Origin: Eledone cirrhosa | Taxonomy: Eukaryota | DNA: 64,000 nucleotides | NCBI GenBank assembly: GCA_964016885.1 | Contig: OZ024760.1 | Location: forward strand, 26,722,001 to 26,786,000 | Direction of reading: 5' to 3' | In this document: one piece after another, positions 13,140 to 26,777 of the stretch | How the letters are laid out: every line of letters starts with the position of its first letter | Position numbering within the stretch: the stretch's first letter is position 1 | Position numbers and translations under genes: made by a program | Notes under the pieces: generated by a model | Databases searched by the model: none | What the model was told of the DNA's origin: nothing | Seen by the model: the letters and a program-made list of their open reading frames with translations, nothing else

Positions 13140-14180
13140 ACACCATGGAAACTTTGATAAGCACCGGTCTGAAACGCCCCGGGGTTCCAGACAGACACAA
13201 GAACGCAATGCGCAGCTCCAACCCGGGAATCCAGCTGATGACCTTACCGTCATAACCCTGTTACCTGTAACCACCAAGCCACGGCCTTCACAAGTCTCTG
13301 TAGGGTCGTGGAGGCAGAGTCTTGAAACATTTCTTCCCGCGAGTCCTATCAGCATCAGCCGTGACTAATTGATCCAGTTGGATCCCCAAGTTAAACTAGC
13401 CAAGCTCACAGATTTTATCCAACAACAATCTTGCTCGGGGGTCTACCCCTGGGCCTCCCGCCGATTTGTTTCGTCTGTAAAATCTGTCCAGCAATTCTTT
13501 CCTGAGACATTCTAACCACATTCGGAGAAGTAGCGGCTCTACCTGGAGTGACTCTCTCATCTCCGTGCTACAAATCTGACCAGAGTTTCTTTCCTGAGAC
13601 ATTCTAACCACATGTCCATAGTATCAGAGCTGTGATCTCTCAATTCGGAGAAGTAGCAGCTCTACCTGGAGTGACTCTCTCATCTCCGTGCTACAAATCT
13701 GACCAGAGTTTCTTTCCTGAGGACATTCTAACCACATGTCCATAGTATCAGAGCTGTGATCTCTCAATTCGGAGAAGTAGCAGCTCTACCTGGAGTGACT
13801 CTCTCATCTCCGTGCTACAAATCTGACCAGCGATTCTTTCCTGAGACATTCTATCCACATGTCCATAGTATCAGAGCTGTGATCTCTCAATTCGGAGAAG
13901 TAGCAGATCTACTTGGAGTGACTCTCTCATCTCCGTACTACAAATCTGACCAGAGATTCTTTCCTGAGACATTCTAACCACATGTCCATAGTATCAGATC
14001 TGTGATCTCTCAATTGGGAGAAGTAGCAGCTCTACCTGGAGTTTCTCTCTGTTCTCCGAGCTACACACTTTATCGAGTAACGTTACTCCAAGGACCCATT
14101 TCGGCCGCTTGTATTCGCGATCATATTCTTTCAGTCATTACCCAAGATTCATTGCCATAGGTAAGGTTTGACCGATTGTT
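13140..14180 (-). pseudogene. RTE LINE 3' fragment with internal 123-bp tandem amplification
   Basis: Minus frame MRESLQVELLLLRIERSQL*YYGHVVRMSQER. Unit starts at 13591, 13714, 13838 and 13961, plus a partly deleted unit at 13499. Confidence 0.8.
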
Positions 14181-14399
14181 ATATATATATATATGTTATT
14201 TAATTAATAATTAAATCTAAAATTAAATAAAGTTTCCTTTGTGAATTTCTTGGACGACTTCTTTCATTATTTCCTGATTAGAAACAAATAAAAAATATTT
14301 TTTAAAATTTGATAAGTTTCAAAAAATAAAAAATATGTCTTTGTTTTGTTTTTTTCTCTTTTTTTATGTTGTGAGTTATGAGTTATTATTTATTTTATT

Positions 14400-14592
14400 T
14401 GGCGGTGGGTTGGCAGTATCGGTAGAGGGTTGGACACCATGCTTTGACGCATAGAGTTACGGTCCTTGCCATTCTGAGTTCAAATCCCGTCGAGGTTAAC
14501 TTTGCCTTTCATCCTTACCTGGTCGATAAAATAAAGTACCAGTAATGCACTGGGTAATTGCTGGCCTTGTGTCAAAAGTAGAAACAATTATT
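14400..14592 (+). mobile_element. Full-length SINE family S1
   Basis: A box tggcagtatcggtag, B box gagttcaaatcc, conserved body, ends agaaacaattatt. Other copies at 38613-38791, 51385-51570 (-) and 58247-58434. Confidence 0.85.
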
Positions 14593-14617
14593 TATTTTAT
14601 TTTATTACATATCCACA

Positions 14618-14650
<33 letters not shown>

Positions 14651-15370
14651 GGTGTCGATAAAATAAAGTACCAGTAATGCACTAGAGTCGATTTAATCGA
14701 CTTTCCCCTCCCCAAAATTGCTTCCAGGGCTCGCCAAAGAGGTCGATTTCTTGGTCCCCGCAAAGCATACTTCTTTTTCCATATGAGACTGTTGCTTTCT
14801 CAAGTTATAATCGTTCCCTGATCGATATCAGAGATCATTAATCAGTAATCAGTGATCAGAGATCAATTTCCAGAGCCTACCGCGAGGAGGTCGACACCTT
14901 GCGTCCCCTACTATATCGATTAATTTTGTAAATCTCAGCTTCCATACTTCTTCATCTCCTGTCATCCTAATTACCTCCCCTTCTTAACATCTCTACTGTT
15001 CAAACACATTTACCACTGGCCTACCATTGAAGCAACATACGCCTATCTGTTTGACTGAGGCATGAAGGCCACCTCTTCCTCTCCTGTGACGTTTTATTGC
15101 TCTATTGTCTCATTATTTCGACTTTCAGTCTAACGAATGTCACTGTTTTATTTCATTTAATGCAGTTCCGCCTTTGTTTCAACAATTTCTTCTCAGGTAT
15201 GTCTCTTATTTTCTTGCCTCTCTCTTTTTCTCCTCTCTTTCACCCTCTCCGTCTCTCTACCACTACCACCTCCAACACCACCACTACCACATCCACCGAC
15301 ACCCCCACCAGAAACATACACGTATTAATGTTGACATATTTACATACACACCATACACCACACCTATATA

Positions 15371-16481
15371 CGGAGGGGCTTCAAAATGTTCGTGGAAAAA
15401 GTACATAACTAAAAATCATATGAAGGGATTTTGATCACAATGCAGCTGTACGTTCTCAAACTAACGGGTCATAACATGTTCTAACATGAACCCTTAGATG
15501 GATGTTGCAACGCGGCACCTCCAGTCGGAAGTTACCCCCTGCTCGAACAACATGGCCTCCATCAAAACATCAAATTCATGGTAAAGCTAGGGTGGAAGAG
15601 CAGCCAAACCATTGACACTATGGGGCAAGCTTATGGGGACAATGCCCCAAAGAAATCAACAACCTACAAATGAATGAGTCGTTTTAGAAGTGGAAGAGAT
15701 GAGGTTGAAGAAGATCTCCAGTTGGAGATGTAAAAAAAGCTGCTTTGACCTGGTTTAAATCACATGGCCCTCAGTTTTACACAGATAGATTTAAAGGCTG
15801 GTATTAACACTTGTTTGACCTGGTTTAAATCACATGGCCCTCAGTTTTACACAGATAGATTTAAAGGCTGGTATTAACACTTGTTTGACATGGTTTAAAT
15901 CACATGGCCCTCAGTTTTACACAGATAGATTTAAAGGCTGGTATTAACACTTGTTTGACATGGTTTAAATCACATGGCCCACAGTTTTACACAGATAGAT
16001 TTAAAGGCTGGTATTAACACTTGTTTGACATGGTTTAAATCACATGGCCCTCAGTTTTACACAGATAGATTTAAAGGCTGGTATTAACACTTGTTTGACA
16101 TGGTTTAAATCGCATGGCCCTCAGTTTTACACAGATAGATTTAAAGGCTGGTATTAACACTTGTTTGACCTGGTTTAAATCGCATGGTGCTCAGTTTTAT
16201 ACAGATAGATTTAAAGGCTGGTATTAACACTTGTTTGACATGGTTTAAATCGCATGGTGCTCAATTTTATACAGATGGACTTAAAGGCTGGGATCACCGC
16301 TTGTTTGACATGATTTAAATCACATGGTCCTCAGTTTTACACAGATGGACTTAAAGGTTAGTATTAACACTTCCAGAAATGTATTGGCCTAGCTGGAGCA
16401 TATGTTGAAATATAAACATCATAATTAAAAACGTTTGTTTTACAACTGTCCTCTCCCCACGAAGTTTTGGAAGCTCCCTCG
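15371..16481 (+). mobile_element. Internally deleted mariner (Hsmar2/irritans-like) DNA transposon
   Basis: Imperfect TIRs cggaggggcttcaaaatgttcgtgg / ccacgaagttttggaagctccctcg with TA on both sides. N-terminal remnant IKFMVKLGWKSSQTIDTMGQAYGDNAPKKSTTYK*MSRFRSGRDEVE. C-terminal remnant VKKAALTWFKSHGPQFY...FQKCIGLAGAYVE. Confidence 0.85.
15744..16372. repeat. 70-bp minisatellite, 9 copies, derived from the mariner transposase 3' end
   Basis: tttgac[c/a]tggtttaaatc... recurs every 70 bp (15744, 15814, 15884 ... 16304). Confidence 0.95.
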
Positions 16482-16574
16482 TATATACATACACAACAGC
16501 ACAAACCTCAAACAACACACACACTACATACACATCTGAAGAAACACTCACACTACATACACATCTGAAGAAAC

Positions 16575-19218
16575 ACACACACACATATACACATGTACTG
16601 GTACTCCGTCGGTTACAACAACGACTGTCCCAGTTAGAATCGATGGAACAGCCTGCTCGTGAATTTAAGGTGCAAGTGGCTGAACATTCCTTCCACAGAC
16701 ACTCATATAGTTAACGTAATTTCTCAGGGAGATTCAGCATGACACAGAATGTGACAAGGATGGTCCTACCAATTACAGGTACAACTCATATTTTGCCAAC
16801 TGAATGGACTGGAGCAACGTGAAATAAAGTGTCTTGCTCAAGGACACAGTGGACTTGTGCAATGTGAAATAAAGTGTCTTGTTCAAGGACACAGTGGACT
16901 GGAGCAATGTCAAATAAAGTGTCTTGCTCAAGGACACAATAGACTGGAGCAACGTGAAATAAAGTGTCTTGTTCAAGGACACAGTGGACTTGTGCAATGT
17001 GAAATAAAGTGTCTTGTTCAAGGACACAGTGGACTGGAGCAATGTGAAATAAAGTGTCTTGCTCAAGGACACAATAGACTGGAGCAACGTGAAATAAAGT
17101 GTCTTGCTCAAGGACACAGTGGACTGGAGCAACGTGAAATAAAGTGTCTTGCTCAAGGACACAGTGGACTGGAGCAACGGGAAATAAAGTGTCTTGTTCA
17201 AGGACACAGTGGACTGGAGCAACGTGAAATAAAGTGTCTTGTTCAAGGACACAGTGGACTGGAGCAATGTGAAATAAAGTGTCTTGCTCAAGGACACAAT
17301 AGACTGGAGCAACGTGAAATAAAGTGTCGTGCTCAAGGACACAGTGGACTGGAGCAACGTGAAATAAGGTGTCTTGCTCAAGGACACAGTGGACTGGAGC
17401 AACGTGAAATAAAGTGTCTTGCTCAAGGTCACAGTGGATGGAGAAACGTGAAATAAAGTGTCTTGCTGAAGGACACGGTGGACTGGAGCAAGGTGACATA
17501 AAGTGTCTTGCTCAAGGACACAATAGACTGGAGCAACGTGAAATAAAGTGTCTTGCTGAAGGACACGGTGGACTGGAGCAAGGTGACATAAAGTGTCTTG
17601 CTCAAGGACACAATAGACTGGAGCAACGTGAAATAAAGTGTCGTGCTCAAGGACACAGTGGACTGGAGCAAGGTGACATAAAGTGTCTTGCTCAAGGACA
17701 CAGTGGAGTGGAGCAACGTGTAATAAAGTGTCTTGCTCAAGGTCACAGTGGATGGAGAAACGTGAAATAAAGTGTCTTGCTGAAGGACACGGTGGACTGG
17801 AGCAAGGTGACATAAAGTGTCTTGCTCAAGGACACAATAGACTGGAGCAACGTGAAATAAAGTGTCGTGCTCAAGGACACGGTGGACTGGAGCAAGGTGA
17901 CATAAAGTGTCTTGCTCAAGGACACAGTGGAGTGGAGCAACGTGTAATAAAGTGTCTTGCTCAAGGTCACAGTGGATGGAGAAACGTGAAATAAAGTGTC
18001 TTGCTGAAGGACACGGTGGACTGGAGCAAGGTGACATAAAGTGTCTTGCTCAAGGACACAATAGACTGGAGCAACGTGAAAAAAAGTGTCTTGCTCAAGA
18101 ACACAATAGACTGGAACAATGTGAAATAAAGTGTCTTGCTCAAGGACACAATGGACTGGAGCAACGTGAAATAAAGTGTCTTGCTCAAGGACACAGTGGA
18201 CTGGAGAAACGTGAAATAAAGTGTCTTGCTCAAGGACACAATGGACTGGAGCAACGTGAAATAAAGTGTCTTGCTCAAGGACACAGTGGACTGGAGAAAC
18301 GTGAAATAAAGTGTCTTGCTCAAGGACACAATGGACTGGAGAAACGTGAAATAAAGTGTCTTGCTCAAGGACACAATGGACTGGAGAAACGTGAAATAAA
18401 GTGTCTTGCTCAAGGACACAATGGACTGGAGCAACATGAAATAAAGTGTCTTGCTCAAGGACACAATGGACTGGAGCAACGTGAAATAAAGTGTCTTGCT
18501 CAAGGACACAGTAGACTGGAGTCACGTGAAATAAAGTGTCTTGCTCAAAGACACAGTGGACTGGAGCAACGTGAAATAACGTGTCTTGCTCAAAGACACA
18601 GTGGACTGGAGCAACGTGAAATAAAGTGTCTTGCTCAAAGACACAGTGGACTGGAGCAACGTGAAATAAAGTGTCTTGCTCAAGGACACAATGGACTGGA
18701 GAAACGTGAAATAAAGTGTCTTGCTCAAGGACACAGTAGACTGGAGTCACGTGAAATAAAGTGTCTTGCTCAAAGACACAGTGGACTGGAGCAACGTGAA
18801 ATAAAGTGTCTTGCTCAAAGACACAGTGGACTGGAGCAACGTGAAATAAAGTGTCTTGCTCAAAGACACAGTGGACTGGAGCAACGTGAAATAAAGTGTC
18901 TTGCTCAAGGACACAATGGACTGGAGAAACGTGAAATAAAGTGTCTTACTCAAGGACACAGTAGACTGGAGTCACGTGAAATAAAGTGTCTTGCTCAAGG
19001 ACACAGTAGACTGGAGTCACGTGAAATAAAGTGTCTTGCTCAAAGACACAGTGGACTGGAGCAACGTGAAATAAAGTGTCTTGCTCAAGGGCACAGTGGA
19101 CTGGAGAAACGTGAAATAAAGTGTCTTGCTCAAGGTCACAACGCACCGCCCGGAATCGAAGTCATGACTTTATGATTGTGAGCTGAATACCCTAACCACT
19201 AAGCCAGGCACCTTCACA
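16575..19218 (-). mobile_element. SINE family S2 expanded by an internal satellite
   Basis: tRNA-like head at 19218-19150 (tggcttagtggtt; cttcgattcc) and SINE tail at 16575-16805 flank the array. Confidence 0.8.
16805..19140. repeat. 45-bp minisatellite, ~52 copies
   Basis: Unit ggactggagcaacgtgaaataaagtgtcttgctcaaggacacagt. A single copy of the same segment occurs in ordinary S2 SINEs (40238-40280). Confidence 0.97.
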
Positions 19219-19257
19219 TTATACATACATACACACATACTTGCATACACACATATA

Positions 19258-21628
19258 TTGCATGCCAGAACCTGATGTATAAGATGCATACAGCCTGCCT
19301 GAACCTATTTCTCCAAGATATCTGTGAAAATAATTGTTTCTACTTTTGGCACAAGGCCAGCAATTATCTCAGTACATTACTGGTACTTTATTTTATCGAC
19401 CCTGTAAGGATGAAAGACAAAGTTAACCTCGGCGGGATTTGAACTCAGAATGACAAGAACCGTACCTCTATGCGTCAAAGCATGGCGTCCGACCCTCTAC
19501 CGATACAGCCAATCCACTGTGAAAATAATAACACCATCACAGATGAACAAGCAGCTGGAAAGAAAGGGGTTTAGGGATGTGCTGAACAACTCCTAATCAA
19601 CAAAACTGCGATGTTAGAGGTGCGACAACTTAGGTGAAATATGGCTACATTCTGGCTGGAAAGCTTTCGATTCCGTTCCCCACTCTTGGATGATAGAAGC
19701 CTTCCAACTTGCTAAAGTCCCAGATATTATTGTCAGAGCCATAGAGAGGCTGTCTTCTTCTTGGGCTACTATCCTAAGGTTAAAGACAGTGAGGGATACA
19801 TCATTGGCTCACAGGAGGACAGAAATACGAATCTAACCCATAATTTCTTTGTGGACGATCTGATACTCTATGACAAGAACATAGATGGGATGAACAAAAA
19901 TCTTGACCTGGTTACAACGTTCTCAAAGGATATAGGAATGGAGTTTGGCCAAGATAAATGCTCATACATGACTGTAAAGCGAGGAAAAACAACAACCCAA
20001 TCTAGCAACATTATCATCAATGGCCTAACTGTTTCACCGATATCTGATGAGGACTGCTACAGATACCTGGGGATAGATGAGGACATATCCTATAAGGTAT
20101 CTGTAATAAAGAACGCGTAACCAGGGAATACTACACCCGATTAAGAAAGATCTGGTCATCGGAACGCTCTGCGCAAAACAAAACAGTGGCTCGCAATGTG
20201 TTTGCTGTGCCTGTCCTAACACCAACGTTTGGAATACTCAATTGGACGATAGACGAAATTCGAGCAGTTGATGTTGGAACTCGAAAAATACTAAACAACA
20301 CCGGAAACTTCCACATCAACAGTGACATAGACCGCCTTTACTTGAAACGTAAGCAGGGAGGTAGAGGCCTAACATCAGTCCAGGCAACATTTGAATGTCG
20401 CATCATATCTCTCCGACAACATCTACGAACCTCGAAGCGTAGGAGCCCGTTTCTCGAGCAAATCTATCTGCATGAAACAGATAAGATCATGAGAGTTGGG
20501 AAGGAACTCCTCGAGATATATTCCGTATGATAATCAAAAACTCACAACCAGGGAAGTCTCTCAGCAGTATCGCAGTGAATCCATGGATGAAAAACTGCAT
20601 GCTTATCAGCAAAAAGTCATGCATGGATATGTTGCCAGGAAGCTCCAGAGTGAGAGTAATATAGATAAAGAAAGTAGTCTATCTTGGACCAACAACCGCT
20701 ATATTGGCTCCCACTTTGAAGGATACGCTTTTGCAATCCAAGAACAGGAGATTAACACGAAATACCTGATTCACAAAAGAGATAGGGGTGCAGGCTAAAC
20801 ACCTAGATGTGATAACAAGTGCAGACTCTGCAGAACTAACATCGAGGATATCACCCATGTCATAAGCAGCTGTCCAAAGATGACATCGCGGTACTATCTA
20901 CCTATGAGGCGTGAATTAGTGGCCACAACACTGTACAATGCAGTTCGTAAAAAAGATAGCCCCGATAATAAACACATTAAAAGCTACAGCAATGTGGAAG
21001 ACATCCATGTACATAATATGAAAGAGTACTGGTGGAATGTTCCAGTAAAAACCCCAATAAAATGCAGACATAACAGACCAGATATTATGATATGGGACGG
21101 AGAAGAAAACATGCGCAGTAGTGGAAATTAGCTGCCCAGCAGATGGCAGTATAATATCAACGATTAGTGAAAAGGAGAATATTTATGCAGAACTGATGAG
21201 AAATCTGCAGATACTCCACCCTAATTACACCTTCAGATTTATGCCTGTGATTATTGAGGCACTGGGATATGTTAGTAACTGCCTCAATACAAATCTTGAG
21301 AAGCTGGGCTTCACAGGAACAGTAAGAAAACAACTAGTTAGGAAATTACAAGTACAATCCATTAATGGAACAGTAAAAATATGTAGAACATTCCAAAAAT
21401 TTTGCATCTAATAACTGCATATACACATGTACAGATACAAAGCATATACACATGCACACATACAACACAAAACATACACATCCACACATACAATAACATC
21501 CATATCTACACATACATACATATCTACCTAGTTGATGTTGTGTAAATTCCAGTGAGAGAGTCTTGTGTCTATGTTAGAAACCGACTCTCTCTCTATTGGT
21601 AAAACTTTGTGACATTATAAAACCAGAA
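19258..21628 (+). pseudogene. Decayed RLE-type non-LTR retrotransposon (R4/Dong-like), 5'-truncated
   Basis: RT motif LTHNFFVDDLILY, LYLKRKQGGRGL, CCHC finger CRLCRTNIEDITHVISSC, and RLE motif HNRPDIMIWD...VEISCP. Several frameshifts. (CATA)n on both flanks. Confidence 0.85.
19335..19516 (-). mobile_element. SINE S1 nested in the R4-like element with a 13-bp TSD
   Basis: TSD ctgtgaaaataat at 19322-19334 and 19517-19529. Confidence 0.9.
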
Positions 21629-21936
21629 CATACATACATATATACACACATATATACATACATACTCACATATATACATATATACACACACACACATACA
21701 TACATACATACATACATACATACATACATACATACATACACACACCCATACATACATACATACATACATAATACACACCCATACATGCATACATACATAC
21801 ACACACCCATACATACATACACACATATATACAGACATACACACATATATACATATATACACACATATACATATATACATATATACATATTAAGAGAGTA
21901 AAACAAAGAATCCTTTAATACATCAAAAGTTTTTAT

Positions 21937-21972
21937 TAGCCGACAATGTTTCGTCCTATTAAGGACTCATCA
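21937..21972 (-). ncRNA. 5'-truncated canonical minimal hammerhead (family L)
   Basis: (C)UGAUGA-GUCCU uaau AGGAC-GAAA-C AUU G-UC/GGCUA. C3 and the 5' strand of stem I are replaced by a TA tract. Confidence 0.7.
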
Positions 21973-22354
21973 TATATACATATATACATACGCACACATG
22001 CACACACATGTAAACCACATACACACCACACCACAACTTTACAATATACATGCATACATACACACATCCACACCACACATATATACACACCACACACACA
22101 TATACACACATCCACGCATACACACACATCCACACCACACCACACATACACACACATCCACACCACACACACATACACACACATCCACACCACACACACA
22201 TACACACACATACACACACATCCACACATACACACCACACACACACATATCCACACATACACATACATCCACACCACACACACATACACACACATCCACA
22301 CCACACACACATACACACATACACACACATGCACACCACACATATATACACACC

Positions 22355-22412
22355 ACACACACACAAATATATATATCGTGTGTGCTGTGTGTATATATAT
22401 TTATTGTGTGTC

Positions 22413-22443
<31 letters not shown>

Positions 22444-22609
22444 CTACATATATATTTATAGTGTGTGTGTGTATATATATATATATAGTGTGTGGTATAT
22501 ATATATATATATATGTGTGTGTGTACAGGGTATCCCAAAAATCTATACACACATAAATAGCATTGTAATAAAAGTATGTATACACTTTTTGTATACATAC
22601 ATATATATG

Positions 22610-22675
<66 letters not shown>

Positions 22676-22688
22676 CATATATATTTAT

Positions 22689-22720
<32 letters not shown>

Positions 22721-22797
22721 CAGGGTGTCCCAAAAAGTGTATACATACTTTTATTACAATGCTATTTATGTGTGTATAGATTTTTGGGATACCCTGT

Positions 22798-22836
<39 letters not shown>

Positions 22837-22890
22837 CCACACACTATATATATATATATACACACACACACTATAAATATATATGTAGAT

Positions 22891-22923
<33 letters not shown>

Positions 22924-22985
22924 GACACACAATAAATATATATACACACAGCACACACGATATATATATTTGTGTGTATATATAT
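22355..22985. repeat. ~630-bp imperfect palindrome centred on a (TA)n tract
   Basis: 22362-22590 is the reverse complement of ~22730-22975, including unique words (atcgtgtgtgctgtgtg) and the mini-MITE. Confidence 0.85.
22721..22796. mobile_element. 76-bp Tc1/mariner-type mini-MITE
   Basis: TIRs cagggtgtcccaaaaa / tttttgggataccctg with TA on both sides. Confidence 0.75.
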
Positions 22986-23029
22986 ATATATACACTCAGC
23001 ACACTGGACTATCGACAAAACCCACCCAC

Positions 23030-23480
23030 CTACCGCACCACACCACACCACATCACCCTCCACACCACACTACACTACATCACCCTCCTCACCACACCAC
23101 ACCACACCACACCACACCACACCACACCACCCTCCACACCACACTACACTACATCACCCTCCTCACCACACCACACCACACCACACCACACCACACCACA
23201 CCACCCTCTACACCACACTACACTACATCACCCTCCTCACCACACCATACCACACCACACCACACCACACCACCCTCCACACCACACTACACTACATCAC
23301 ACCACACCACACCACACTACACCACACCACACCACACCACACCACACCACATCACCCACTACACCACACTACACTACATCACCCTCCTCACCACACCACA
23401 CCACACCACACCACACTACACCACACCACACCACATCACCCTCCTCACCACACCACACAACACCACTCTACATCACCCTC
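23030..23480. repeat. (CACCA)n-based compound repeat
   Basis: Directly visible. Confidence 0.9.
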
Positions 23481-23730
23481 CCCAACCACAAACCCTCCTC
23501 CAATCCCAGAGAATCTTAAGTTTCCAAATGGTTATCGATTATAGAAGAAAGTAATTCCATTATAACATCCCCCCCACCTCCAGGGAATAACTCTCCTAAA
23601 ACAACATACACCCCCTCCCCCACCGTAACCAACACCATTCTAACACCACGTACAGGCAGCCCCCACCACCCTACCACCACCACCAGTCACCCTTACCCTC
23701 ATTACCACTCACATCAGTAGTTACCGGCCC

Positions 23731-23763
<33 letters not shown>

Positions 23764-23784
23764 TATACATGCATGCAAACATTA

Positions 23785-24153
<369 letters not shown>

Positions 24154-24155
24154 TA

Positions 24156-24193
<38 letters not shown>

Positions 24194-24430
24194 TATACAC
24201 ACATATATATATATATACATATACACATATATATATATATATTAATATATGATAAACATTTACATGTTTTAGTTGCAATTGACTAATAAAATAGTTAGAA
24301 TGAAATATCTTAATTCAAATACATATAGTTTGCCTGTACGATCTAAAAAATAACAAATCAATACTCACAAACCATATGGGCAAAAGGCCTTGGTACCTAG
24401 ACACGTTTAAATTTCAAGCTTGCACGGTTT

Positions 24431-25350
24431 TCCACGACACGTTTCCTCCATCCATCTCTGTCTCTCATAGCGTTTGCCAGTTTTTCCGCAGTGCATCAAG
24501 TATCGTCCTCAAGCTGCTTGACGTATGTCTTCTTGGGACGGCCAACGTTTCTTGCTCCATGAGATGGACTCCATAACAACACGTCACCTGCTATTTCTTC
24601 CTTGCTGCGCCAACAGTGGCCAGCAAATCTGATGTTAACATCAGACTGGGAAAAGCCTGGGGAGCATTGAATGCAATGGAAAAGATATGGAAATCAAACC
24701 TGCCGGCCAAACTGAAAAGGAATTTCTTCAGAGCTGCTGTGGAATCTGTGCTTGTTCATGGCTCTGTCACTTGGACGCTAACGTCGAGACTGGAGAAAAA
24801 GCTAGACGGGGCATACACACGTATGCTCCGCACTGCTGTAAACGTGTCTTGGAGGGAGCACCCAACAAATAAGGATATCTATGGTAATATACCACCTATC
24901 AGCAGGTCAATACGTGGGCAGAGACTCAGATATATATATACTAGACTATATATATATATAGTCTAGTATATATATATGTAGTCAAAACTGGAGGAAAAGC
25001 TAGACGGGGCATACACACGTATGTTCCGCGCTGCTTTAAACGTGTCTTGGAGGGAGCACCCAACAAATAAGGATCTCTATGGCACCTATCAGCAACTCAA
25101 TACGTAAACAGAGACTCAGATTTGCTGGCCACTGTTGGCGCACCAAGGAAGAAATAGCAGGTGACGTGTTGTTATGGAGTCCATCTCATGCAGCAAGAAA
25201 CGTTGGCCGTCCCAAGAAGACATACGTCAAGCAGCTTGAGGGCGATACTGGATGCACTGCGGAAGAACTGGCAAACGCTATGAGAGACAGAGCTGGATGG
25301 AGGAAACGTCTCGTAGAAGGCCGGGCAAGCTCGACCTGATGATGATGATG
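24431..25350 (+). pseudogene. Two RTE-like LINE 3' fragments, the first internally inverted
   Basis: [18 protein letters not shown]...[10 protein letters not shown]...GRP. 24431-24631 is the inverted continuation of 24632-24930. The second copy (24985-25350) ends in (tga)n. Confidence 0.85.
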
Positions 25351-25368
25351 ATATATATATATATATAT

Positions 25369-25495
25369 CCTGATGATTTCTCACGAATGAAACAGTTCTA
25401 GTCCTGTAGAAGCTCTTCTATATTAAAACTTTTATACTCTGCTGTGTATTGAGTACCTTACTTACTGTGGTTACCTCCGATTCAACCCGGAATAA
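25369..25495 (+). mobile_element. Family C fragment starting at an HHR core
   Basis: CUGAUGA-uUUC ucac GAAu-GAAA-CAG uucuaguc CUG-UA/GAAGC. The 5' strand of stem I is lost into (TA)n. Confidence 0.65.
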
Positions 25496-25544
<49 letters not shown>

Positions 25545-25656
25545 AGATACTATTTACAGTTATGTATATAGTATATTATAAAACAACATCAATATATATG
25601 TATCTATGATTCTTCAGTTGAATAGGAGGTTAATTATATGTACAAACATTGATAAT

Positions 25657-25701
25657 GCTCCGAGGACTCCAAGCTTAAGTTTCGAAGAAACAATTGTCAG
25701 C
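25657..25701 (+). ncRNA. Hammerhead-like motif with CCGAGGA core
   Basis: GCU-CCGAGGA-stem II-GAAA-CAAUUG-UC/AGC. Confidence 0.55.
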
Positions 25702-25739
25702 GATTAAATGTTTTAAACATAACTTTGATACTTGTGTAA

Positions 25740-25802
<63 letters not shown>

Positions 25803-25972
25803 TAAACTTTAATCTGTTATTTTAATAAATATTTGCTCTACGGTTCTTATATATTTGATATATATTTATCCTTATCGAGCCCTCTTTGGATTTTAGTCTT
25901 GACATTTATTATTATTACTATATATATATATATAGTATAATATATATATATATATATATATATAGTATATAG

Positions 25973-26040
<68 letters not shown>

Positions 26041-26045
26041 TATAG

Positions 26046-26101
<56 letters not shown>

Positions 26102-26679
26102 TATAGTATAATATATATATATAGTATAATATATATATATATGTTTGTGTGTGTGTATATATGTGTGTATATATGTGTGTATATATATGTATATATATAT
26201 ATATATGTGTGGAGGCTGAGTGGTTAGAGAATTGGATTCGCAATTTCGTCAAATCGGAATATGGTGGTGAAAAACTGATTCGTAAGTTTCTTGGGCTACT
26301 TCTGGAAATCTAGAAGGTCGGACATGCCCCTCAAGACTTCTGGGATGTATCTATCATCTTTAAGAACAAAGGTAATCTATATATCTAAAACAGAGAATCT
26401 CTGTCTGTCAGCTCACTAAAACTCGAGAACCACCCAACCTTTACACTAATACTTATAGTCCTGTAAGTGTTTTGAGCAAAAGGAATTTCAAATTTTCAAT
26501 GCCCTAGGGACCGCATTAGGCGATTTAGCAATCTCTCTCTCTATAATTCTTAGTCTTTCTCATTTGAGATAGATACATAGTTATAACGTTGCGCCATTAT
26601 AATATCTGTTTGTATGCCTGGCTGTCTGCATTACGACATTATGACGCGGTGTATGCGTGTGTGTGTATATGTATATATA

Positions 26680-26727
<48 letters not shown>

Positions 26728-26777
26728 TGTAACGTTTTTCGAAATATTTACTTCTGCGTTCACAGATTTATTATTTT

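Noticed and set aside
16773-19175. Repeat-protein ORFs (EQREIKCLAQGHSGL)n
   Set aside because: The 45-bp unit is a segment of a SINE, and the frame is open only because 45 is a multiple of 3.
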